Shown here: one piece after another, positions 8,636-17,100 of the stretch
Position numbering within the stretch: the first letter of the stretch is position 1
Layout of the letters: the number at the start of each line of letters is the position of its first letter
Virus record (IMG/VR): IMGVR_UViG_3300013126_000156
Span: 1 to 30,285 of that record
DNA length: 30,285 nt
Strand: one strand, 5' to 3'
Source of the DNA: a virus
Taxonomy: Duplodnaviria; Caudoviricetes
Translations under genes and position numbers: made by a program
The notes under the pieces: generated by a model
What the model was told of the DNA's origin: nothing
The model's database searches: none
Seen by the model: the letters and a program-made list of their open reading frames with translations, nothing else

Positions 8636-9916
8636 ATGGATAATCTAATAGATATGATTGGTGGTGACCAACGTTTTGTTATCAAACGAAGTGGTGACCG
8701 TGTTGTATTTGAGATTGAAAAAATCAAAAATGCGGTTTTGAAGGCAATGAATAGTGCTGGTAAAACAGATGTTGAAATGGCTGAAAAAATTGCACGACTA
8801 ACCAAAAAAAGTATATTCAGAGGTAACAAACACCACCTTCCTCACGTAGATGAGATTCACGATATGGTTGAAAACAAACTTATGGACAATGGTCTAAACG
8901 ATGTTGCGAAAGAATATATTATTTACCGTTCGAAACATCAACCAAATATTTTTACCAAAAGAGTTAATTTGAAACCATACGAATATCCTGATTTGTTGGA
9001 ATACGTGGATGCTATCAGACACTCATATTGGGTACACACCGAGTTTAATTTTACTTCCGACATCCAAGACTTCAAAGTTCATTTGAATGAAAAGGAACAA
9101 ACTGCGGTACAGAGAGCCATGTTGGCAATTTCTCAAATTGAAATCGCGGTGAAAACCTTTTGGGGGGATATCTACAAAAGACTACCAAAACCAGAAATCG
9201 GAAATGTCGGTGCAACATTTGCAGAGTCCGAAGTTAGACACGCTGACGCGTATTCACATTTGATTCAATTGTTAGGACTGAACAAAGAATTTGAAAATTT
9301 ACTTCAAGTTTCAGCTATTCGCAGAAGAATCAAATATTTGGAAAAATCCATTTCTAATTCTAAATCTTTGGATAACCAAGACTATTTCGAATCCGTGATC
9401 CTGTTTTCTATGTTTATTGAAAACGTATCCCTTTTCTCTCAATTCTTGGTTATTATGGCTTTCAACAAACACAAAAATGTTTTGAAAGGTATTAGTAATG
9501 CTGTTGAGGCTACTTCCAAAGAAGAAAACATCCATGCGGAATTCGGATTTGATTTGGTAAATCTTATCAAAAAAGAAAATCCTAGTTGGTGGACCAAAGA
9601 CCTTATCGAAGACTTAGTAGATGCTACATTGGAGGCGTATGAATCTGAAGTTGAAGTTGTCAACTGGATTTTCGAGGAGGGGGATTTAGATTTTCTTACC
9701 AAAGAACAAACTTTAGAGTTTATCAAACACAGATTCAATCTATCTTTGAATTCTATTGGTATTGAAAATGTATTCAAAGTTGATAAAAAGGTGTTGGAAA
9801 CAACAGAGTGGTTTGATGATGAAATTCTCACAACAAAACACACCGACTTCTTCAATAAAAGAAGTATCAATTACAGTAAAAAACAAAAATCAATTACACT
9901 TAACGACTTATTTTAA
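8636..9916 (+). CDS. nrdB: ribonucleotide reductase beta subunit with N-terminal ATP-cone (class Id / NrdBi-like)
   Basis: ATP-cone at aa ~13-101 (VIKRSG...FEIEKIKNAVLKA...VENKLM...VAKEYIIYR). Ferritin-like metal ligands E169, E199/H202, E262 and E297/H300, plus K173 and Y206. Confidence 0.92.
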   Translation: MDNLIDMIGGDQRFVIKRSGDRVVFEIEKIKNAVLKAMNSAGKTDVEMAEKIARLTKKSIFRGNKHHLPHVDEIHDMVENKLMDNGLNDVAKEYIIYRSKHQPNIFTKRVNLKPYEYPDLLEYVDAIRHSYWVHTEFNFTSDIQDFKVHLNEKEQTAVQRAMLAISQIEIAVKTFWGDIYKRLPKPEIGNVGATFAESEVRHADAYSHLIQLLGLNKEFENLLQVSAIRRRIKYLEKSISNSKSLDNQDYFESVILFSMFIENVSLFSQFLVIMAFNKHKNVLKGISNAVEATSKEENIHAEFGFDLVNLIKKENPSWWTKDLIEDLVDATLEAYESEVEVVNWIFEEGDLDFLTKEQTLEFIKHRFNLSLNSIGIENVFKVDKKVLETTEWFDDEILTTKHTDFFNKRSINYSKKQKSITLNDLF

Positions 9917-9932
9917 TTTATAAAAAAACAAT

Positions 9933-11639
9933 ATGGAAAATAGAAAACCATTCGAATGGATCAACGAAGAGTCAATTACTTTTCTCCGTCGTGGATATTT
10001 GAGTGAGGGTGAACAACCCTTGGAGCGAATCAGAGTTATTGCTGATCATGCTGAAAAACTTTTGGGAATTGAAGGATTTGCTGATAAGTTTTATGATTAT
10101 ATGGGTAAAGGATGGTATTCATTGTCTTCTCCTGTATGGGCAAACTTTGGTAAACAAAGAGGTTTACCTGTGAGTTGTTTTGGTTCTAATATTGGTGATA
10201 ATATTGAATCAATCTTATATACTCAAGCTGAGGTCGGAGAGATGAGTAAAATGGGTGGTGGTACTTCTGGATATTTTGGAAATATCCGTGGTCGTGGAGC
10301 CACTATTACAGACAATGGACACGCACCTGGTTCAGTTCACTTTATGAATTTGTTCCAAAGTGTTGTTGATAATATTTCACAAGGATCAACTCGTAGAGGT
10401 CGTTTCTCACCATACCTACCTGTCGAACACCCTGACATTATGGAATTCTTGGAAATTGGAACCGAGGGATTCCCCATCCAAGACCTGACTCACGCAGTTA
10501 CCGTGACAGATAAGTTCATGAAAGAAATGATTGCTGGAGATGATGAAAAAAGAGCAATATGGGCAAAAGTAATTCAACGAAGAGGTGAAATTGGATATCC
10601 TTATATCATGTTCACCGATACTATGAATAACAAGGCTCCTGAGGTTTATAAGGACAAGGATATGAAAATTCATAACTCAAACCTTTGTTCTGAAATTGCT
10701 CTTCATAATTCAGAAGAAGAGTCATTTGTGTGTGTTTTATCTTCTATGAATTTATTACACTACGACGAATGGAAGGATACAGATGCTGTTGAAACTATGA
10801 TTTATTTCTTGGATGCTGTGGTTACTGAATTTGTTGAAAAAATTGACAGTCTCAGACACAACGGAACCCTAGAAGGTCAACGAGCATTCTTCTATTTAGA
10901 AAAGGCTTATAATTTTGCTAAAAGACAACGAGCTCTAGGTCTTGGAGTTTTGGGCTGGCATTCATTTTTACAATCCAAAAATCTCCCATTCGATAGTAAA
11001 GATACAGCACGTCTGAACGTACAGGTGTTCAAACTTATCAAAGATAAGTCTTACAAAGCTTCAGAAGAACTCGCAGAAATGTTCGGAGAGCCTGAACATT
11101 TAGTAGGGTATGGACGAAGAAATGTCACATTGAATGCAATCGCACCAACGACTTCATCAGCATTTATTTTGGGTCAGGTATCTCAATCCATCGAACCAAT
11201 TTGGTCAAATGCTTATGTAAAAGACGTTGCTAAATTGAAGGTAACAATCAAAAATCCCGTTCTTCAAAAGTTACTAGCTGAAATCGGTAAAGATACTAAA
11301 GAAGTATGGGATAGTATTAAAAAACATGATGGATCAGTCCAACACTTGGAGTTTTTGACTGATGAACAGAAGGATGTATTCAGAACCTTCGCAGAAATCA
11401 ATCAATCTTCAATAATCAATCAGGCGGCGATTCGTCAAGATTATATTGATCAGGCTCAATCTTTGAACCTTATGATTTCACCAGACATGCCTACTAAGGA
11501 TGTCAACAAATTGTTGATAGACGCATGGCAGTTGGGTGTTAAGACTTTATACTATCAACATTCGATGAATTCTGCACAAGCTTTCGCTAGAAAGAAGTTG
11601 AATCTAAATGACCTTGAATGCGTGGCTTGTCAGGCATAA
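9933..11639 (+). CDS. nrdA: ribonucleotide reductase alpha subunit, short form without ATP-cone (NrdAi-like)
   Basis: Motifs PVSCF, SNLCSEI (catalytic Asn-Cys-Glu), VCVLSS, AIAPTTSS, KTLYY and C-terminal CVAC. Confidence 0.95.
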   Translation: MENRKPFEWINEESITFLRRGYLSEGEQPLERIRVIADHAEKLLGIEGFADKFYDYMGKGWYSLSSPVWANFGKQRGLPVSCFGSNIGDNIESILYTQAEVGEMSKMGGGTSGYFGNIRGRGATITDNGHAPGSVHFMNLFQSVVDNISQGSTRRGRFSPYLPVEHPDIMEFLEIGTEGFPIQDLTHAVTVTDKFMKEMIAGDDEKRAIWAKVIQRRGEIGYPYIMFTDTMNNKAPEVYKDKDMKIHNSNLCSEIALHNSEEESFVCVLSSMNLLHYDEWKDTDAVETMIYFLDAVVTEFVEKIDSLRHNGTLEGQRAFFYLEKAYNFAKRQRALGLGVLGWHSFLQSKNLPFDSKDTARLNVQVFKLIKDKSYKASEELAEMFGEPEHLVGYGRRNVTLNAIAPTTSSAFILGQVSQSIEPIWSNAYVKDVAKLKVTIKNPVLQKLLAEIGKDTKEVWDSIKKHDGSVQHLEFLTDEQKDVFRTFAEINQSSIINQAAIRQDYIDQAQSLNLMISPDMPTKDVNKLLIDAWQLGVKTLYYQHSMNSAQAFARKKLNLNDLECVACQA

Positions 11640-11665
11640 AAGTTCTAAACAAGAGTTCATGACTG

Positions 11666-11697
11666 AAAAACCCAACACTTAGGTGTTGGGTTTTTTT
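11666..11697 (+). terminator. intrinsic terminator (potentially bidirectional) ending the replication block
   Basis: AAAAA-CCCAACAC-TTAG-GTGTTGGG-TTTTTTT. Confidence 0.9.
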
Positions 11698-11722
11698 ATG
11701 TCTTAAAAAAAATATTAAAGTA

Positions 11723-11729
11723 TATTTAT
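11723..11729 (+). promoter_or_regulatory. TATTTAT motif, putative late promoter of the baseplate block
   Basis: Follows the terminator and sits 5 nt before ATG 11735. Confidence 0.55.
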
Positions 11730-11734
11730 CAGAT

Positions 11735-12196
11735 ATGGCAAATGGTAGGACATATGGTTTAACTTTTCCTTTTATCGATTCATTCGATGGAAAATACTTG
11801 GATTTAACAGATTACACTGCGGAAGAAATCAGAAGTAATCTTATTCATTTACTACTGACGAGAAAAGGATCTAGATATTTCTTACCAGATTTCGGTACAA
11901 GATTATTGGAATATATTTTTGAACCTTTAGATGGACCAACATTCCAAAGTATTGAAGCTGAGATCAGAGACTCTGTAACCAAATACATGCCTCAACTTCA
12001 ACTCACAAGTATAACAATAACGGCACCTACAGGTGAAGAAGCGGGTCTAACGGCCACAGGTGCTGGTGGGGTTATTGACCCTGCAATCACAAGATTCAAT
12101 CAAGATGTTGCTGAATATACTGCAACTGTCAGGGTTGATTATGCGATATCAAACGATGTGTTCAACACTAAAGATTTTATTATTCTGAATATTTAA
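11735..12196 (+). CDS. baseplate wedge subunit, gp25/GPW family
   Basis: IRSNLIHLLLTRKGSRYFLPDFGTRLLEYIFEP is the gp25 family signature. Lies directly upstream of a gp6-like gene. Confidence 0.88.
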   Translation: MANGRTYGLTFPFIDSFDGKYLDLTDYTAEEIRSNLIHLLLTRKGSRYFLPDFGTRLLEYIFEPLDGPTFQSIEAEIRDSVTKYMPQLQLTSITITAPTGEEAGLTATGAGGVIDPAITRFNQDVAEYTATVRVDYAISNDVFNTKDFIILNI

Positions 12197-12200
12197 GATT

Positions 12201-14042
12201 ATGGCCGAAAGAAGAATATCCTATACAGTACGAGATTTTGCTGCGATACGACAGGAATTAATAAATTACACTAAAACTTTTTACCCCGAACTTATTGATA
12301 ACTTCAATGATGCTTCGGTATTCTCGGTTTTCTTGGATTTGAATGCTGCGGTGGCCGATAATCTTCATTACCACATCGATAGAAGCATTCAAGAAACTGT
12401 CCTTCAATATGCACAACAAAGATCTTCGATTTACAATATTGCGAGAACTTACGGATTAAAGATTCCAGGACAAAGACCTTCGATTGCATTAGTAGATTTT
12501 TCAATCACAGTACCAGCTTTCGGAGACAAAGAAGATGAAAGATATTTGGGTATACTTCGTAGAGGTAGTCAAGTAATAGGGTCGGGTCAAATATTTGAAG
12601 TTCTCTATGATGTAAATTTTGCCTCCCCATTCAATCAAGATGGTTTTCCTAATAGATTAAAAATACCAAATTTCGATCAAAACGGTAACCTCATAAATTA
12701 TACCATTACAAAAAGGGAAACTGTTGTCAATGGTATTACGAAAGTTTTCAAAAGAGTTATTACACCAAATGATGTAAGACCTTTCTTTGAATTCTTTTTA
12801 CCTGAAAAGAACGTATTGGGTGTTACATCAATAATACAAAGAGATGGTACAGCATATTCCAACGTACCCACACCACAAGAATTTTTGGGGGCGGCGGGTA
12901 GATGGTATGAGGTTCCAGCCTTGGCGGATGATCGTGTATTTATCGAAGACCCTACTAAACCATCTGATGATCCTGCAATCAAAGTAGGTAGATATATTCA
13001 AACTCAACAAAGGTTTGTTACAGAATATACTCCTGAAGGATTTTTAAAAATAACATTTGGAGGTGGAACTAATACTGCTGAAGATCAATTAAGAGAATTT
13101 ACGGCAATAGATGTACCTTTGAAAATTCAAAGATACCAAAACAACATGATGTCTTTGGGTTCAACTCCCAAGGCAAATACTACATTATTTATTCAATATA
13201 GAATTGGTGGTGGACTTGGAACTAATTTGGGTGTCAATGTTATTAACCAAATCGGAGCTGTAGATTTTTTTGTAAATGGACCCTCTGATATTATCAACAC
13301 GTCAGTTATCAATTCATTGACGTGTAATAACATAACAGCGGCAATTGGTGGTGCGGGATATCCATCGACTGAGGAAGTCAGAAATTACGTTACATTCAAT
13401 TTCGCGGCTCAAAACAGGGCTGTTACAATCAATGACTACGAGGCTATCATAAGAAATATGCCAGGACAGTTTGGAGCACCGGCTAAGGTCTCGATTACAG
13501 AGAACAACAACAAAATTATTATAAATGTTTTATCATATGATTCTTCAGGTAATTTGACATCGGAAGTTTCACAAACTATGAAGCAAAATTTAGCGGAATA
13601 TTTATCAAACTATCGCATGATAAATGATTATGTTCAAATCGGAAGTGCCCAAGTGATTGACTTAGGGGTGGATGTTCAAGTTGTTCTTGATGCTACTCAA
13701 AACCAAGGTGCAGTCATTTCAAATGTAATTGATAGAGTCACAACATTTTTTAGTTCAACACTCAGAAATTTGGGTGAGGACATTTTAGTGTCAGAATTGA
13801 ATAGAATAATCCAATCAGAGAACGGAGTTATAAGTGTCGGAGAAATTTCCATTTTTAACAAAGTTGGTGGTCAATATAGTTCAGCACAAACATCAATGCC
13901 ATATTCTGATGTTGTTACAAGAAAAATAAGTTTAGTTGACAACACAATCTTCGCTGAACCGAATCAAATTTATCAGATTAGATTTCCGGCCAAAGATATT
14001 ACTGTCAGAGTTAAGAACTTCCAAACTACAAATTTCTCCTGA
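12201..14042 (+). CDS. baseplate wedge subunit, T4 gp6 / baseplate J-like
   Basis: Motifs RDFAAIRQELINY, AQQRSSIYNIARTYG, YRIGGG...N and AAIGG...AQNRAVTINDYE. Size 613 aa. Confidence 0.85.
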   Translation: MAERRISYTVRDFAAIRQELINYTKTFYPELIDNFNDASVFSVFLDLNAAVADNLHYHIDRSIQETVLQYAQQRSSIYNIARTYGLKIPGQRPSIALVDFSITVPAFGDKEDERYLGILRRGSQVIGSGQIFEVLYDVNFASPFNQDGFPNRLKIPNFDQNGNLINYTITKRETVVNGITKVFKRVITPNDVRPFFEFFLPEKNVLGVTSIIQRDGTAYSNVPTPQEFLGAAGRWYEVPALADDRVFIEDPTKPSDDPAIKVGRYIQTQQRFVTEYTPEGFLKITFGGGTNTAEDQLREFTAIDVPLKIQRYQNNMMSLGSTPKANTTLFIQYRIGGGLGTNLGVNVINQIGAVDFFVNGPSDIINTSVINSLTCNNITAAIGGAGYPSTEEVRNYVTFNFAAQNRAVTINDYEAIIRNMPGQFGAPAKVSITENNNKIIINVLSYDSSGNLTSEVSQTMKQNLAEYLSNYRMINDYVQIGSAQVIDLGVDVQVVLDATQNQGAVISNVIDRVTTFFSSTLRNLGEDILVSELNRIIQSENGVISVGEISIFNKVGGQYSSAQTSMPYSDVVTRKISLVDNTIFAEPNQIYQIRFPAKDITVRVKNFQTTNFS

Positions 14043-14092
14043 TATATATTTTTATCGAAATTCCATTACTTTTTATAAAATAGTGAATAAAC

Positions 14093-14099
14093 TATTTAT
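14093..14099 (+). promoter_or_regulatory. TATTTAT motif
   Basis: Intergenic, 18 nt before ATG 14118. Confidence 0.5.
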
Positions 14100-14117
14100 C
14101 ATAGAAAGTACTTTTTA

Positions 14118-17100
14118 ATGTCAAAATCATATAGGTTACGTACACAGATTGGAGTCGACAGACAGATCAATGTTCAATTAGAGCAAGACTTCGAACAAAT
14201 TGAGATCCTATCTCTCAAGGTTAGGAGTGAGGATGTCTATACAAGAATGTGTGCTGACTATGGTGTGGTTGTAGGGCGTGTATTTTCAAATGGTGGTTAT
14301 GGAATTCCAAATGCGAGAGTATCAGTATTTGTTCCAATCACAGAGCAAGACCTAAATAACGAAATTATTAGAGATTTATACCCATATTCCGAAATAGATG
14401 ATGTAAATTCGGATGGTTATAGGTATAATCTTTTACCCTATGAAAAAAGTCACGGGGGACATACACCAACAGGGACCTTCCCAAGCAAACAAGATATTCT
14501 TACGAATCCTGCTTTAATCGAGGTTTACGACAAGTATTACAAGTATACTGTCAAAACAAATGGAAGTGGCGACTTTATGATTATGGGTGTACCTGTTGGT
14601 ACTCATACGCTAGTTATGGATCTTGATCTATCTGATATGGGTCCATTCTCCATGAGTCCACAAGATCTTATTAGAATAGGAAGGGCGACCTCAGATCAAG
14701 TAGAAGGTGCAGAATTTCAGAGTTCAACCGATCTATCGACCTTACCACAAATTGTGAGTCTTTCCCAATCGATAGAAGTATTTCCTTTTTGGGGTCAACC
14801 TGAAATTTGTCAAATCGGAATTGCTCGACATGATTTCAATTTAGACGAGGTTGGGGTTTCAATAGAACCGACCGCTTTGTTTATGGGATCTCTATTGAGT
14901 AATAATCCTGATAGGGCTGTAGGTTTGGGTTGTCGACCACCTACCGAAATGGGGGATTTATGTAACCTAACAACTGGTTCTGGAGAAATTATTGCTATTA
15001 GACAAACAATTTTCCAAGACACGAATGGGTTACCAATTTTGGAGCAAGCTCAATTACCTCAGGCTGGAAAAGTTATTGACGAAGATGGTACTTGGTTACT
15101 GGAGGTTCCCATGAATTTGGATTATGTGACTACTAATGAATTTGGAGAACAAATATTAAGTAACGATCCCAAAGTTGGTGTACCAACGAAAGGAAAGTAT
15201 CGATTTAAGGTAAAATACGGTCAACCCAATTCAATAGAAATTAATGAAACAAGGAAAGGGTATTTCTTAGTACCCAATATCAAGGAATACGGTTGGATAA
15301 CATCATCTCAAGATCCTGCATATTCGACAAGTACAAATTTGAGAAACCAACAGAATAGTTCATATTACTTTGGATTGGATTGGTCTGGATATACTAATGG
15401 ATTTACCACTCAACAACAAATTTTGGATAGACAACAAGAAATTGTTGACTGTGAAGATACATTCTACGAGTTTATTTACAATAAGGTTTACACTGTATCA
15501 GGTCTTGTTGACCAATATTTCAGGGGACTTTCAAGAGGAAACTTTATAGGTATCAAAGAAATAACTGATTCCGCATGTGCTAGTGAAAATAACAGATTTC
15601 CAGCAACAGATGCTGTTAGAAATTTTGATTTATTGTTTTTTATAGTTAACGTATTTCTAACAATTTTAGCCCCAATAGGTTTGGTTTTGATACCAATTTT
15701 GAATTTCTTAGCTCAGTTTTGGCCAATTGCAAAATATGTAATAACAATTTTATTGTCTTCATGGTTAACCTATAATGGTGTGATTTATACTGTAAATGCT
15801 ATCGCTGCCGTCGCAAACCCAGTACCCCAAGTTGCTTTGGGGATTACTTTGGGAGTTCAGGCGGCAATTTGGTTTGGGGTTGCGATTTTTGTTTTTATAA
15901 AAGTCTTTCCTCTTTTTACAAAATTTACATTCAAAGATCTGAAATTACCTATGATATCTTATCCTGATTGTGAAGCTTGTGATTGTTCTGCTTCAGATTT
16001 ATTGTTACAAGAAATTGAAGGTAACCCTTTTACCGGTGGTAATGCTAGTACTAACAAAATTGGTGAATATACCATATTCACTACATCTGGTACTTCCCCA
16101 TTATTTCCATCCTACAATCAGGATACATGGGGTGTGTTAACTGGTGATGTTAACGATGGTCTTCCTGTAGGTTTGGATCCGGACTCTTATTCGGGTAATA
16201 GTAATAAACGCAATCAAAAGTACCTGGCTGACTTAACAGGTTTTAGATATGGGTTGAGTGGTATGAACTATGTTTTACCATCAGCAACACAGTTAGAAGC
16301 TGAAATTAACAAATTGGCTAACACACCGATTACTATAAGCTATACCACCGATAAAGTATATGTGGGTCCTGATATTACCCTTTCACAATCTATGAATTTA
16401 GCGAATATCAGGGAAAGATATTTTGAAGGAAAAAATATAATACAAACAACCGTAAATAACCCGAATAACCCTTCACAGTCTTTTACAGATAATGTGATGG
16501 TGTTGTTAGTCCCACAGAACAACTTCGTTCCTGGTGAGATCCTGTCATTTAATGATCCTGATAATATTATTGACCTTAATTACTCGTCAACTACTCTGAA
16601 TCAATTTGGTAATTATACTTTGACTGGAAGCTCGGTTTCAGGAGTGGTAAACAGAACAGTAACTTATATTGACCAAAATGGTCAGACACAAACAGCATCT
16701 GTTAATCTAAATTCTACAACCACAGAATCTGAATACTTGTATAAGACGGGTATCGAATATTTTCAAGTTATTAATCAGATATCGGCGGTTGAAGCGGATA
16801 CAATTTTGAATTTGGGTCAAGATAGTCTAATTGAAAAATATTTCTTACGTAAATTACAAAAACTATACTATGTCGATAGTAACGGAACGACTAGAAGTGA
16901 GACCTTCGGATCTTTCTTCGCTATAGGTGATTCTTGGAAAGAATATAATTTTTTATTTTTAGTTAGAGGGGTTGATGTTTATACTGAACCTCAAAATATA
17001 AAGTATGATTTGAATAAATTATTTGGTTATAATTTTGGGGTTCAAAATTCTTTGATATTCGAAGGACCTTACAGGATGAATATTCCTATCCAACCTAATA

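Noticed and set aside
4608-11639. Inteins or introns in recA, helicase or RNR genes (common insertion targets)
   Set aside because: The proteins are of normal length with contiguous motifs. No splicing or homing-endonuclease motifs were seen.
11735-14042. gp25/gp6-like genes as part of a bacterial T6SS, eCIS or tailocin
   Set aside because: They are directly linked to phage-type SSB, recombinase, helicase and RNR genes, with no bacterial housekeeping context.
14071-14097. Palindrome TTTTATAAAA and hairpin AAATAGT-GAATAA-ACTATTT
   Set aside because: Almost entirely A/T and weak. This is expected by chance in such an intergenic region.
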